A DNA stretch of 64,000 nucleotides from Clostridia bacterium (GTDB lineage: Bacteria > Bacillota > Clostridia > Oscillospirales > CAG-382). The position numbers and the translations under genes are program-made. The notes under the pieces are model-generated. The model was not told the origin of the DNA. It did not search any database and saw nothing but the letters and a program-made list of their open reading frames with translations. Location of the stretch: assembly GCA_017396825.1 (NCBI GenBank), contig JAFQKR010000077.1:24012-88011 (forward strand). Direction: 5' to 3'. Below are positions 26,785-37,442 of this stretch, piece after piece. Within the stretch, counting starts at the first letter, position 1, and the number at the start of each line of letters is the position of its first letter.

Positions 26785-27915
26785 TTAAACAACGGTCAGT
26801 TTATCTATAAAGAAAGGTCTTGTTTCGTGACCCGAAAGAACTCTGCCGTCGCGAATAACTACGTCTTTATCGGTTATTACACAGTTTAGGCTTGCATTTT
26901 CACCTATAAGGGTATCCTGCATTATTATGGAGTTCTTAATTACGGTATTCTTGCCAACCTTAACACCGCGGAAAAGAATGGAGTTCTCAACAGTACCGTG
27001 AATTATACAGCCGTCGGCAATAAGAGAATTGCGGACATTACTTCCCTCCTCGTAAACGGTAGGGCTGGAGTTGCGTATCTTTGTGTATATAGGACGGTTT
27101 TTAACGTTGAAAAGACTGTCTCTTGCCGAAGAACTAAGAAGGTCCATGTTGCACATGTAGTAATCGGTAAGAGAGTTTATAGATGCAAAATAGCTGTCAT
27201 AACGATAAACTCTAAAGTCGCTTGTTTCAAGGTTTCTGCCTATAACGTCCTTTGTAAAGCTGGAGTAACCGTGGGCAGATGCATCAAGAATTACGTTTTC
27301 TAAGTACTTTCTGCGCATTACCATGATGTTAAGGTTAACGTCACAATAACCGGAAACTATGCCGTTGCATTCGGAAACGTCGGTAATACGACCGTCTGCA
27401 TCAGACTCTACCACTTCATAATTCTTTACGTCGGGAGTGATATACATACGCTTCACAGCCATTGTTATATCAGCACCGCTGGAAATATGAGCGTTTATAA
27501 GTTCGTTAAAGTCGATGTTGCAAACAACATCACAGTCAGAGAGCAAAACGTATTCTTCGGTACAGCAAGACACAAACTCAAGCATGCTCTTAACAGCCTC
27601 AAGGCGGGTGTTGTAAAGAGAATTTTGGGCATTGGCAAAGGCAGTAATATAAGGAGGAAGTATCTTTATACCGCCGCTTCTGCGCGCAAGGTCCCAGTCC
27701 TTGCCGGTACCGATGTGGTCCATGAGAGACTGATAGTTATAATGTGTAACAACGCCTACGTGGGTGATGCCGGAATTCACTACGTTAGAAAGAGTGAAGT
27801 CTATTAGACGATATCTGCAACCAAAGGGTACACTTGCCATGGTTCTTCTTCTTGTAAGCTCGCTCACATTGTGATCGTGAATGTTGGAAAAAATAATACC
27901 TACTACACTTGCCAT
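26785..27915 (-). CDS. glgD: Glucose-1-phosphate adenylyltransferase regulatory subunit GlgD
   Basis: GlgC paralogue lacking the GGxGxRL loop, positioned between glgC and glgA as in the Firmicute glgBCDAP operon. Confidence 0.85.
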   Translation of the reverse strand: MASVVGIIFSNIHDHNVSELTRRRTMASVPFGCRYRLIDFTLSNVVNSGITHVGVVTHYNYQSLMDHIGTGKDWDLARRSGGIKILPPYITAFANAQNSLYNTRLEAVKSMLEFVSCCTEEYVLLSDCDVVCNIDFNELINAHISSGADITMAVKRMYITPDVKNYEVVESDADGRITDVSECNGIVSGYCDVNLNIMVMRRKYLENVILDASAHGYSSFTKDVIGRNLETSDFRVYRYDSYFASINSLTDYYMCNMDLLSSSARDSLFNVKNRPIYTKIRNSSPTVYEEGSNVRNSLIADGCIIHGTVENSILFRGVKVGKNTVIKNSIIMQDTLIGENASLNCVITDKDVVIRDGRVLSGHETRPFFIDKLTVV

Positions 27916-27918
27916 AGC

Positions 27919-29139
27919 TTATTTACCCTCCTTACCGTTTAGTAATTCATCAAGATAAGCCGAATCAGCGCGAACGCCGCCGGGGATAACAGTGCCCGCC
28001 TTTATATCAAGGCCTGAACCTATAAGCGCAATACCGTTACCGCTTTCCTTAGATTCACCCACCTTAGCATTAACGCCAACGGTGGTATCACTGTCCATTA
28101 TAGAATACTCAACCTGAGCGTTTTCGGATATCACGCAGTCACGCATGATGATACTATCCTTAACAACCGCGCCCTTGGCAACCTTAACGCCGCCGGAAAG
28201 AACGCTGTTGATAACGGTACCGTAAATTTCACAGCCGCCTGTAATAAGGCTGTTTTCAACCGTTGCCCCGTAACCGAGAAAATGAGGAGGGTTGGAGGCG
28301 TGACGGGAGAAAATACGCCAGCTGGGGTTATTAAGATTGAGCGAAGGTCTGTCACCCAAAAGGTCCATGTTAGCTTCCCAGAGGGAGTCGATGGTACCAA
28401 CGTCCTTCCAATAACCCTTGAAAGGATATGCGTAAAGTTTTTCGCCGCCTGCGAGCATGGCAGGAATGACGTTTTTACCAAAGTCCTTATCGCTGGTTTC
28501 ATCAGCTTCGTCAGCTATAAGGTACTCGTACAATTTTTCCTTAGAGAACACGTAAACACCCATGGATGCCTTGGTACTCTTAGGATTCTTGGGTTTTTCC
28601 TCAAACTCGTAAACACGGAAATCATCAGTGGTGTTCATTATACCAAAGCGGCTTGCCTCAGACAATGGAACATCTATTACGGCTATGGTACAAGCCGCAC
28701 CCATACGCTTGTGGTAATCAACCATAGCGCTGTAATCCATCTTATAAATGTGGTCTCCCGAAAGAACAACAACGTAATCAGGGTCATATTTATCAAGAAA
28801 ATGCAGGTTTTGGTATATAGCGTTTGCCGTACCCTTATACCAGTCTGCACGCTTTTGCCCCTGGTAAGGAGGCAAAACGGTAACACCACCGAAGGTACGG
28901 TCCATATCCCAAGGCTGACCGTTGCCTATGTACTCATTAAGAGCGAGAGGTTGATACTGGGTAAGCACACCCACCGTATCTATACCCGAATTAATACAAT
29001 TGGAAAGGGTAAAGTCGATAATTCTGTACTTGCTGCCAAAGGACACTGCTGGCTTTGCAACGCGCTGAGTAAGAAGATAAAGTCTACTACCCTGCCCGCC
29101 TGCAAGAAGCATTGCTACACACTCTTTCTTTTTAATCAT
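27919..29139 (-). CDS. glgC: Glucose-1-phosphate adenylyltransferase
   Basis: [14 protein letters not shown] and [20 protein letters not shown] motifs, plus a left-handed beta-helix C-terminus. Confidence 0.9.
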   Translation of the reverse strand: MIKKKECVAMLLAGGQGSRLYLLTQRVAKPAVSFGSKYRIIDFTLSNCINSGIDTVGVLTQYQPLALNEYIGNGQPWDMDRTFGGVTVLPPYQGQKRADWYKGTANAIYQNLHFLDKYDPDYVVVLSGDHIYKMDYSAMVDYHKRMGAACTIAVIDVPLSEASRFGIMNTTDDFRVYEFEEKPKNPKSTKASMGVYVFSKEKLYEYLIADEADETSDKDFGKNVIPAMLAGGEKLYAYPFKGYWKDVGTIDSLWEANMDLLGDRPSLNLNNPSWRIFSRHASNPPHFLGYGATVENSLITGGCEIYGTVINSVLSGGVKVAKGAVVKDSIIMRDCVISENAQVEYSIMDSDTTVGVNAKVGESKESGNGIALIGSGLDIKAGTVIPGGVRADSAYLDELLNGKEGK

Positions 29140-31013
29140 GCCTTCTCATTCCCTTCAATTTTCTTTATTACGGTAAATCCCATAGGAGGCACCCATATCT
29201 TAATGCCATAGCCTCCGTACTGCTTTACCGCTCTTTGCGGTATTTTGTTGGTTACGCCGCCGCCGCCGTACTTAACCTCGTCACTACTGAACACCTCGCG
29301 GTATATGCCCTCTCCGTTCAGCGGGATATGGTAACGTCTTTGAACCGGCGCAAAATTTATTATCACCGTCAGCGCACTTCCGTCCTTCGCTACACGGTCA
29401 TAAAGCAAAACATTTTCGTCTCTTCTGTATTCATCTATCCATCTGAAGCCTTCCCAGTTGCTATCCTGCTCCCAAAGTTCTGGGTTTTCAAGATAAAAAG
29501 CGTTAAGATCCGCCACATAGCACTGAAACTTTGCGTGCATATCGTAGCCGAGCATGAACCACTCCAAGGAATCGTCAAAATCCCATTCCTTGAACTGAGC
29601 AAATTCACTACCCATAAAGGTAAGCTTTTTACCGGGATGAGTCATCATATAACCAAGGTATGCCCTTGCACAGGCAAACTTTTGATAATAATCCCCTGCC
29701 ATCTTATCAATTAGGGATTTCTTACCGTGGACAAGCTCACCATGATAAAGAGGCAATATGAACCTTTCGTCAAAGGCACAGAGTATTGAATACTTTAAGT
29801 TTTCGTGTATCTCCTTACGGTAAAACGGGTCGTATTGGATGTATTTAAGAGTATCCGGAGCCCAGCTTGCGTTCCATTTCATATCAAAGCAAAGCCCGTC
29901 TTTTTTAGTGATGTGGGGATAGTTTGTATTCTCCTCAGCAATAAGCATGACATCTGGATAAAAACGCTTCATCTCGTTGCCAAGCTTCTTAAAAAAGTGA
30001 ACCGACTGAACATTAATACTGCTTCCATCGGGGTTAGGATTCCACTCACCGGGGTTGCGCCCGTAATCCAAATGCAGCATAGGCGTAATAGCCGTGGCGC
30101 GTAGGCCGTCTATATGATACTTGTCTGCCCAAAACATTGCGTTGGAAACAAGAAAGCTCTGCACCTCATTTCTCGCTACGTCAAAGCATCTGGTGTCCCA
30201 CTCCTTTTGCTCCATACGGTCTTCACCCTGGTACTCGTAAAGAGGACCGCCGTCAAACTCATAAAGGCCGTGAGCATCCTTAGGGAAATAGGCAGGAACC
30301 CAGTCCAATATAACGCCTATGCCCACAGAGTGCATTTTATTAACAAAATACATAAAATCGTGCGGAGTACCGAAACGCGACGTAGGCGCATAATAACCGC
30401 AGACCTGATACCCCCAAGAGGCATCAAATGGGTGCTCCATAATGGGTAAAAGTTCTATATGAGTATACCCCATTCGCTTAACGTAAGCGGAAAGTCTATC
30501 GGCAAGCTCACGATAATTCAGAAAACCGCCGTCTGCGTTTCTTTGCCACGAGCCGAGGTGAACCTCGTATATATTCATGGGTACAGAGGGCATTTCACCA
30601 TCCTTTAGGCAGGTATATTTCATAGCCCTGTAATCCATGTACCCCTTATCCGTCCACTCAAAGCCTTCCAGATTATAAAGACGGGAGGCAGTATTTGACA
30701 TTGTTTCAGAAAAGAAAGCATACGGGTCAGCCTTAAAACGACGAACCCCGTCACGTTCTATTATATATTTGTACCTATCGCCCTTTCCTATCGGAAACCC
30801 TTTGAGCGTAATACTCCAAACGCCACCGTCATTTTTCATCGGGATATCCGCCTGCCAACCGTTAAAGTCGCCGGCTATATATACTGCGTCTGCATTAGGT
30901 GCCCATACACGAAAAGTATAAACACCCTTGCTTTCTCTGTGAGCGCCTAGGTATTCGTACGCCTTATAATTTGTTCCTTGTTTAAATAGGTATAAAGCAA
31001 GATCATTAGCCAT
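29136..31013 (-). CDS. glgB: 1,4-alpha-glucan branching enzyme (GH13_9)
   Basis: The start at MANDLALY has GAGGTGG upstream. Motifs [25 protein letters not shown] and the CBM48-like N-terminus. Confidence 0.9.
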   Translation of the reverse strand: MANDLALYLFKQGTNYKAYEYLGAHRESKGVYTFRVWAPNADAVYIAGDFNGWQADIPMKNDGGVWSITLKGFPIGKGDRYKYIIERDGVRRFKADPYAFFSETMSNTASRLYNLEGFEWTDKGYMDYRAMKYTCLKDGEMPSVPMNIYEVHLGSWQRNADGGFLNYRELADRLSAYVKRMGYTHIELLPIMEHPFDASWGYQVCGYYAPTSRFGTPHDFMYFVNKMHSVGIGVILDWVPAYFPKDAHGLYEFDGGPLYEYQGEDRMEQKEWDTRCFDVARNEVQSFLVSNAMFWADKYHIDGLRATAITPMLHLDYGRNPGEWNPNPDGSSINVQSVHFFKKLGNEMKRFYPDVMLIAEENTNYPHITKKDGLCFDMKWNASWAPDTLKYIQYDPFYRKEIHENLKYSILCAFDERFILPLYHGELVHGKKSLIDKMAGDYYQKFACARAYLGYMMTHPGKKLTFMGSEFAQFKEWDFDDSLEWFMLGYDMHAKFQCYVADLNAFYLENPELWEQDSNWEGFRWIDEYRRDENVLLYDRVAKDGSALTVIINFAPVQRRYHIPLNGEGIYREVFSSDEVKYGGGGVTNKIPQRAVKQYGGYGIKIWVPPMGFTVIKKIEGNEKA

Positions 31014-31037
31014 GGAAAAACCACCTCTTACCAAATG

Positions 31038-32300
31038 TTACGCAGCAAGTTTGTTAATAATATAGTAACCATATTCCTCTGCATAAGCAAGAATTACGCC
31101 GTCAAAGCATCCAACAATGTTCGAAAAAACGGCAGGTACCACACAGTTACCGTCAAGTGAAAGCATACCGTAATTACCGTCTGCATCGCAAAAAACCGCA
31201 AGACCTTCGGAAAAAGGCAATGCGTGCTTATAGTCAGGAGTGCTTATCCATCTGCCTTTGCTGTTCATGTAACCATAGCCGGAATTCCCCTTCAACAGAG
31301 CAACCCCGTCAGAATACGCACACACCGTAAAGCCGGTGGGAACCGAAATAACATTACCGTCGGTACGAAGCAAAATCTCCTCGCCTTTGGATGTGCATGC
31401 CCTTGTTACACCGTTCTTCACAAAATAGTAACCAACGGCAGAAGCATCGTCTTTTTGTGATACAAAGTATTCATCACTTATAAGAGTACCGTTCTGATCA
31501 AACAGATGAAGCCTCTTCTCACCATCAACGGCGATACAATACCCCTCGGACATCCCGTATACGTCCATAAATTCTGCAGGTACAACAATAGTACCATCAG
31601 TCTTTTTCATACCGTAAAACCCACCGTTTTTAAAAACGATATAGTTTTTGTCGTACCCCATAGGATATGCAGTATATTCACTGTAAACACCCTTATCAAG
31701 ATTCACCGCGTCATAGTCACAAGGAACTAAAGCACCGTTTTCAACATAAGCATGCTGACCGTCTTTGGTGAAAAGAGGTTTACCTTCGGCACTTCTTAAA
31801 TACGTAAGAGTCCAACCGTCAATAACAGTGGTAATATCCCTTAACTGACTGTCATACACCGAAAGCACTTTGCCGTTTTCGGTTTTTATAATGAAACCGC
31901 AACGCAATTCCAACTTCGAATCACCCAAAACGCCAAGGCTTGAAACGGGACGGTTAGCCAAATTAGCGTTGCCGCCACCATAAACGCCCACGTAAGGAAT
32001 TACGTCAGTGCCGGCTTTAGGCAAAGAACTTATAAAAGTAGCAGCCGTTACTGCTTGTTGAGGTTTTTCCGATTGAATATCTTCTTCGTTCATATCAGGC
32101 AAGGGAGTGCCTGCCAACGCCTGAGAACGGGCATCAAGATAATCCTCATCCATAAAAGGAAGAACGCCGGCGTCAAAAGCAAACACAGTAAGAACCGACG
32201 CAAGGATTAAAACTGCTGCGCCGATGTATTGTAAAAGCCCTGTTATCATTCGTTTTTTCATAATAGTTAGCAAAACTTCCGCCTTTACAGCATTATTCAA
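31038..32300 (-). CDS. Membrane-anchored WG-repeat (KWG) protein
   Basis: N-terminal TM segment (LLQYIGAAVLILASVLTVFAF). Repeated ~35-aa units contain G(Y/F)YG(M/Y)...G..V.P..F. The stop lies 24 nt before the glgB start. Confidence 0.6.
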   Translation of the reverse strand: MNNAVKAEVLLTIMKKRMITGLLQYIGAAVLILASVLTVFAFDAGVLPFMDEDYLDARSQALAGTPLPDMNEEDIQSEKPQQAVTAATFISSLPKAGTDVIPYVGVYGGGNANLANRPVSSLGVLGDSKLELRCGFIIKTENGKVLSVYDSQLRDITTVIDGWTLTYLRSAEGKPLFTKDGQHAYVENGALVPCDYDAVNLDKGVYSEYTAYPMGYDKNYIVFKNGGFYGMKKTDGTIVVPAEFMDVYGMSEGYCIAVDGEKRLHLFDQNGTLISDEYFVSQKDDASAVGYYFVKNGVTRACTSKGEEILLRTDGNVISVPTGFTVCAYSDGVALLKGNSGYGYMNSKGRWISTPDYKHALPFSEGLAVFCDADGNYGMLSLDGNCVVPAVFSNIVGCFDGVILAYAEEYGYYIINKLAA

Positions 32301-32406
32301 ATGGTAGTATACACCAACGGTATTACTTTTGCAAGTATTTTATTTCATTTGGCAAACATTTTTACACATAAAAACAATATTAAAACAACTTTTTTTACAA
32401 AAACTA

Positions 32407-32435
32407 TTTACAAACGGATAAAAATGTGTTATCAT
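32407..32435 (+). promoter_or_regulatory. Sigma-A-type promoter of rpsO-pnp
   Basis: TTTACA, 17 nt, TATCAT with an extended TGT. It leaves a leader of about 130 nt. Confidence 0.5.
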
Positions 32436-32570
32436 GGCGAAGTTATGGGAAAAGGCCCATAGCGCTAATAAATACGGTTGGCTCGGTTTAAGGACACAGG
32501 GGCGATATATTCGTTCTGCTTCACCCACCTTTTGCCAAGCTTTCCCGCATAATTTTACGGAGGTGAAACC

Positions 32571-32837
32571 ATGATATCCAAGGAAACAAAACAGGCTATT
32601 ATCAACGAGTATGCAGTTCACGAAGGTGACACAGGTTCTCCTGAGGTTCAGATCGCTATACTCACCAACAGAATCAATTCCCTTACTCAGCATCTTAAGG
32701 CTAATCCCCACGACCACCATTCCAGAAGAGGTCTTCAGCAGATGGTTGGTAAGAGAAAGAAGTTCCTTAACTACCTCATCAAGAATGATATAAGCCGTTA
32801 CCGTTCCATTATCGAAAGACTCGGTTTGAGAAAGTAA
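32571..32837 (+). CDS. rpsO: 30S ribosomal protein S15
   Basis: 88 aa. [14 protein letters not shown]...[13 protein letters not shown] signature. Confidence 0.95.
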   Translation: MISKETKQAIINEYAVHEGDTGSPEVQIAILTNRINSLTQHLKANPHDHHSRRGLQQMVGKRKKFLNYLIKNDISRYRSIIERLGLRK

Positions 32838-32853
32838 GAGAGAAGAATTTAGT

Positions 32854-34944
32854 ATGTTTGAAAAGTACAAGGTTTTTGAAACCACCTTTGCCGGCAGACC
32901 CTTTGTGGTAGAAACCGGCAAAATGGCACAGCTTGCTAACGGCTCCTGCCTTGTTCGCTACGGTGATACAGCAATCCTTGCTACTGCAACTGCTTCCAAG
33001 GCTCCCCGCGACGGTATAGATTTTCTTCCCTTGTCTGTTGACTTTGAAGAAAGACTTTATTCCGTTGGCAGAATTCCCGGTAGCTGGAACAGACGTGAAG
33101 GCCGTCCCGGTCAAAGCGCAATCCTTACCAGCCGTGTTATAGACAGACCTATCAGACCCCTTTTCCCCAAGGATTTGAGAAATGATGTTTGTCTTAACCT
33201 GATGGTAATGTCCGTTGATCCCGACTGCTCTCCCGAAATTGCAGGTATGATAGGTGCGTCTATTGCACTTTCCATTTCTGACATTCCGTGGAATGGCCCC
33301 ATCGCAGGTGCTTCCATCGGTTTGGTTGACGGCAAGCTTGTTGTTAATCCTACCGCAGAACAAAAAGAGAATAACGCCCTTGAGCTTACTGTTGCTGCCT
33401 CTAAGCAGAAGGTAGTAATGATAGAAGCCGGCGCAAAAGAAGTAGACGATGATACCGTTTACGAGGGCATCATGCTTGCACATGAAGTTATAAAGCCTAT
33501 GATAGACTTTATCGACGGCATCGTGGCAGAAATCGGCAAGCCCAAGTTTGAATATCCCTCCTGCGAGGTTGACCATGATCTGTTTGACAGAATCGAGGCA
33601 ATGGTTGCAGAGGACGTTAAGGCGGCCCTTGACACTGATGACAAGAGCGTTCGTGACGCAAGGCTTCAGCCTATATATGAGCGCGTTTACGCTGAGCTTG
33701 AGGAGGATTATCCCGATAGTAAGGTTATGATAGACGAGTGCATGTATAAGCTTCAGAAGAAGATCGTTCGTCATTGGCTTCTTACCGAACAGAAGCGCGT
33801 AGATGGCAGAAGAATGGACGAGATACGTCCTCTTGCCGCCGAGGTTAGTCTTCTTCCCCGCACCCACGGTTCGGGTATGTTCACCAGAGGTCAGACACAG
33901 GTTTGCTCCGTTGCTACTCTCGCTCCTATCAGAGAGCAGCAGCTTCTTGATGGCATAGATCCCGAAGATACCAAGCGTTATATGCATCATTACAATATGC
34001 CCGGCTTCTCTGTTGGCGAAGCAAAGGCATCCAGAAGCCCCGGCAGAAGAGAGATTGGCCACGGTGCTTTGGCTGAAAGGTCACTTGAGCCCGTGCTTCC
34101 CTCTAAAGAGGACTTCCCTTATGCTATCCGCGTAGTATCTGAAGTTATTTCCTCCAACGGCTCTACCTCTCAGGCATCCGTTTGCGGCTCTACCCTCGCC
34201 CTTATGGACGCAGGTGTTCCGATAACTGCACCTGTTGCAGGTATCTCCTGCGGTCTTATTACCGAAGGCGAAAGATGGATGACTATGATAGACATTCAGG
34301 GCCTTGAGGACTTTTTCGGCGATATGGACTTTAAGGTTGCAGGTACCAAGAAGGGTATTACTTCTATCCAGATGGACCTTAAGATCGACGGTCTTACTCC
34401 CGAAATAATCCGTTCTGCTTTGGACACCACTCGCAAGGGCAGATTCTATATCATAGACGATATAATCACTCCCTGCATAGCAGCGCCCAGAGAAGACGTT
34501 TCCAAATACGCTCCCAAGATGATCTCCACTAAGATACCCGTGGACAAGATCCGTGAGGTTATCGGTACCGGTGGTAAGGTTATCCAGAAGATCTGTGCTG
34601 ATACCGGCGCTAAGATCGACATTGAGGACGATGGCTCCGTATTCATCGCTGCTGTAGACAAAGAAGCAGGCTACAAAGCGCTTGAAATAGTTAAGGCTAT
34701 CGCTTTTGACCCCGAGGTTGGCACGATATTTGTTGGCAAGGTTACCAGAATTCTTACCTTCGGTGCATTCGTTGAATTTGCACCCGGCAAGGAAGGTCTT
34801 GTTCACATCTCAAAACTCGACAAGAAGCGTATCGCTAAGTGTGAAGACGTTGTTTCTGTTGGTGACGAGATTAAGGTTAAGGTTATCGAAATCGATGACC
34901 AAGGCAGAATTAATCTCTCTCGCAAAGACGCTCTTGACGACTAA
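32854..34944 (+). CDS. pnp: Polyribonucleotide nucleotidyltransferase (PNPase)
   Basis: Two RNase PH domains, plus KH (KIREVIGTGGKVIQKI) and S1 (GKVTRILTFGAFVEF) domains. Confidence 0.95.
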   Translation: MFEKYKVFETTFAGRPFVVETGKMAQLANGSCLVRYGDTAILATATASKAPRDGIDFLPLSVDFEERLYSVGRIPGSWNRREGRPGQSAILTSRVIDRPIRPLFPKDLRNDVCLNLMVMSVDPDCSPEIAGMIGASIALSISDIPWNGPIAGASIGLVDGKLVVNPTAEQKENNALELTVAASKQKVVMIEAGAKEVDDDTVYEGIMLAHEVIKPMIDFIDGIVAEIGKPKFEYPSCEVDHDLFDRIEAMVAEDVKAALDTDDKSVRDARLQPIYERVYAELEEDYPDSKVMIDECMYKLQKKIVRHWLLTEQKRVDGRRMDEIRPLAAEVSLLPRTHGSGMFTRGQTQVCSVATLAPIREQQLLDGIDPEDTKRYMHHYNMPGFSVGEAKASRSPGRREIGHGALAERSLEPVLPSKEDFPYAIRVVSEVISSNGSTSQASVCGSTLALMDAGVPITAPVAGISCGLITEGERWMTMIDIQGLEDFFGDMDFKVAGTKKGITSIQMDLKIDGLTPEIIRSALDTTRKGRFYIIDDIITPCIAAPREDVSKYAPKMISTKIPVDKIREVIGTGGKVIQKICADTGAKIDIEDDGSVFIAAVDKEAGYKALEIVKAIAFDPEVGTIFVGKVTRILTFGAFVEFAPGKEGLVHISKLDKKRIAKCEDVVSVGDEIKVKVIEIDDQGRINLSRKDALDD

Positions 34945-34974
34945 TCACAGTTAATAAAAAAAGACTTGGTGAAA

Positions 34975-35574
34975 TTAACACCAAGTCTTTTTTTGTTCTG
35001 TCGCAAAAACAATAACGCTGAAAAACACAAGAAAAACCACGCTACTGTTAAACCCTGAAATCAAGCTCACCATAAGACCTGCTACAACAAAAAACAGTAC
35101 TGAAAACACATTAACTGCGTTTTCTGCCCTTTCCGCAGTAAACGGATCGCTTATCAGCCTCATAACACACCGAAACAACTCACCGCCGTCAAGACTTTTG
35201 ACCGGAATTATGTTAACCAAAGCATACCAAAAACAACTGTAATAAAACAGTTTACCGTACATACCAAATATGGGGATAAGCCCTAAAGGTGCAACCAATA
35301 GATTGGCGATGATACCTCCAAGGGAAACAAGAATTTCCTGCTTATAGCCAAGCATGCCGCCGTAGTACATTCTGCCGCCCCAAAGTTCTATATCAAACCG
35401 CACTATCGGGGCGCCTACAACTAACGCACAAAGTATATGCCCTGCCTCATGAAAAGCCGCCGCAAGAAGCATTACCAGACTCGGAAAAAAGCCGTTTATA
35501 AGAAATACAGTCAAAAGTCCTACCGGAACAAGCAGATTAAGACGAAAACCGGTCCGTTTGTTTTCTATATACAA
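34975..35574 (-). CDS. Minimal site-2 protease (M50 family, SpoIVFB-like, no CBS domain)
   Basis: HEAGH zinc motif in a TM helix and the NIIPVKSLDGG (NxxPxxxLDG) motif. TTG start with GAGGTG upstream. 199 aa. Confidence 0.75.
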   Translation of the reverse strand: MYIENKRTGFRLNLLVPVGLLTVFLINGFFPSLVMLLAAAFHEAGHILCALVVGAPIVRFDIELWGGRMYYGGMLGYKQEILVSLGGIIANLLVAPLGLIPIFGMYGKLFYYSCFWYALVNIIPVKSLDGGELFRCVMRLISDPFTAERAENAVNVFSVLFFVVAGLMVSLISGFNSSVVFLVFFSVIVFATEQKKTWC

Positions 35575-35578
35575 CTTT

Positions 35579-35764
35579 TCACCTCATCATATCCATAAAG
35601 GTATTGTTAAGTTTAGGATAAGCCCCATTCTGGGCAAATGCCTCTACTGCATTTTCCCTATCATTTGCGGTTTCTCTCACAAGCCTGATGCCGGTTATAA
35701 GCAATACTGCCAGAGCCAGAAGCCATATAAAACTGAATTTTCCGCTTAACTTAAAGTTTTTCAT
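35579..35764 (-). CDS. Small single-pass membrane protein, translationally coupled to the M50 protease
   Basis: GGGAGGT lies 7 nt upstream of the ATG. One TM segment (FSFIWLLALAVLLITGI). Its stop codon is embedded in the SD of the downstream TTG start, with a 4-nt gap. Confidence 0.45.
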   Translation of the reverse strand: MKNFKLSGKFSFIWLLALAVLLITGIRLVRETANDRENAVEAFAQNGAYPKLNNTFMDMMR

Positions 35765-35863
35765 ACTAATTACCTCCCATATAAAAATATTTGTTTGGCG
35801 TCCCGATTATGACATTTTTTATCAGACGGCGGCGTATATACTTTTTGTACGGGAGGCGTTCTT

Positions 35864-36700
35864 TTGGAAACGATTATATATGTTGACGTATTATTTTTTA
35901 TAAACTTTGTAATGGACGGTTTATGCCTTGCGCTGACCTCTGCCTTTATCGCCAAACATATTGTTTGGTGGCGCTTTTTATGTGCTTCACTCATTGGCGG
36001 ACTTTATTCCGTCGTAGTCATTCATTTAGATCTTCCATCTTTAATTGCAATATTATTTCATTTTACTACGGCTTTTGTTATATGCGTGGTTGCGTTTAAA
36101 CGAAAGAGAGAAAAAAACACAATTTCCGCCACCTTGTATTTTTTCTTTTCAAACGCTGTTTTGGGCGGAGTGCTTTTTGCGCTTTACAGTCTTTGCGGTT
36201 GTTTTGCAGTATACAACGGTGCATTTTATGCCGAGCTTTCGGCGACAGCGCTTACAGCAAGCGGTGTGGTTGCTGCAACGGTGCTTCTTTTTTGCATAAC
36301 CAAAGGAAAAGCCCTGAACATGGCAAAGTATTGCGAGGCGAAAATCGTATTCAGAGGAAGGCAATGCACTGTTAGTTGTATGGCAGACAGCGGGAATCTT
36401 CTGGTATGTCCATATTCCGCTTTACCTGTTGCTATAATCAACCTAAGGGCCGCAAGAGAGCTTTTCACAGAAAATGAGCTTGCTTTACTTTCCGTTAGCC
36501 CTGCAATGGAGAAGGTAAGGCCGTTGCCCATAAAAAGCGTTGGCGGCTCTGCCATCATCCCCTCCTTCCTGCCCGAAAAAGTAGAGATACTTCCTTTCGG
36601 AAAGAAAGAATTTGAGGAAAAAAGGCTATGTATCGGCATTAAGTTGGACGAGGGCTGTTTTGGGAAATGGGACGGTATAATCCCCGCCTCTTTATTATGA
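35864..36700 (+). CDS. spoIIGA: Pro-sigma-E processing aspartic protease SpoIIGA
   Basis: N-terminal YVDVLFFINFVMD membrane domain and the MADSGNLL catalytic motif. TTG start with GGGAGG upstream. Confidence 0.85.
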   Translation: METIIYVDVLFFINFVMDGLCLALTSAFIAKHIVWWRFLCASLIGGLYSVVVIHLDLPSLIAILFHFTTAFVICVVAFKRKREKNTISATLYFFFSNAVLGGVLFALYSLCGCFAVYNGAFYAELSATALTASGVVAATVLLFCITKGKALNMAKYCEAKIVFRGRQCTVSCMADSGNLLVCPYSALPVAIINLRAARELFTENELALLSVSPAMEKVRPLPIKSVGGSAIIPSFLPEKVEILPFGKKEFEEKRLCIGIKLDEGCFGKWDGIIPASLL

Positions 36701-36722
36701 CAAACTGAAAGGATAACATCTG

Positions 36723-37439
36723 ATGAAAAGCAATAAAACAAGACTTATACTTAAAATGCTCCTTAACCTAGTTACAAAAGGCAACGACATTCATTATATA
36801 AATGGACCGCAAACTCTCCCCCCGCCCCTCTCAAAAGACGAAGAAGCTGAGCTTATAGCAACGTCAACTGATAACGTTGAAGCAAAGAATAAGCTTATCG
36901 AACACAATTTGCGGCTTGTAGTATACATAGCAAAAAAATTTGAAAGCCCTACGGCAGGAATAGAAGACCTTATTTCGATAGGCACTATCGGACTTATGAA
37001 GGCGGTTGGCACCTTTTGCCCGGATAAACAGATAAAGCTTGCTACCTACGCTTCCCGTTGTATTGAAAACGAAATTCTTATGTATATGAGAAAAACGGTA
37101 GGAAAAACGGAGCTTTCCCTAGACGAGCCTCTAAATACCGATTGGGACGGAAACGAGCTTTTACTGTCCGATGTTTTAGGCACCGAAAACGATTTTGTTT
37201 ACAGCGCCATCGAGACAGATGAAGATAAAAAAATCATTAGAAAAGCACTTGACCGTCTCTCTCAAAGGGACCGCTTTATTATAGAAAAACGCTTTGGCTT
37301 TGGAGAGGAAGACGGAAAAGAGCTTACCCAAAAGGAAGTTGCAGATATGCTTGGTATATCTCAATCCTATATATCACGTCTTGAAAAACGTATTTTTGAC
37401 GAGCTTAAGGACTCCCTTTGCCGTATGGGAATTCATTGA
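36723..37439 (+). CDS. sigE: Sporulation sigma factor SigE (pro-sigma-E)
   Basis: Pro-sequence, then YINGPQTLPPPLSKDEEAELI, then regions 2-4 (NLRLVVYIAKKF, QKEVADMLGISQSYISRLEK). Confidence 0.9.
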   Translation: MKSNKTRLILKMLLNLVTKGNDIHYINGPQTLPPPLSKDEEAELIATSTDNVEAKNKLIEHNLRLVVYIAKKFESPTAGIEDLISIGTIGLMKAVGTFCPDKQIKLATYASRCIENEILMYMRKTVGKTELSLDEPLNTDWDGNELLLSDVLGTENDFVYSAIETDEDKKIIRKALDRLSQRDRFIIEKRFGFGEEDGKELTQKEVADMLGISQSYISRLEKRIFDELKDSLCRMGIH

Positions 37440-37442
37440 CTC

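Noticed and set aside
28282-29211. A 309-aa ORF antisense to glgC.
   Set aside because: It is the same codon-bias artefact as the glgP antisense ORFs, with no independent coding evidence.
32340-32921. A 193-aa minus-strand ORF spanning the rpsO promoter, leader and gene.
   Set aside because: It overlaps rpsO antisense and its promoter. It has no SD and its sequence is not protein-like.
32809-34062. A 417-aa minus-strand ORF covering the rpsO end and the first half of pnp.
   Set aside because: It is antisense to two universally conserved genes and spans their intergenic region. Its Gly/Ala/Cys-rich translation resembles nothing. The codon-avoidance explanation given for glgP applies here too.
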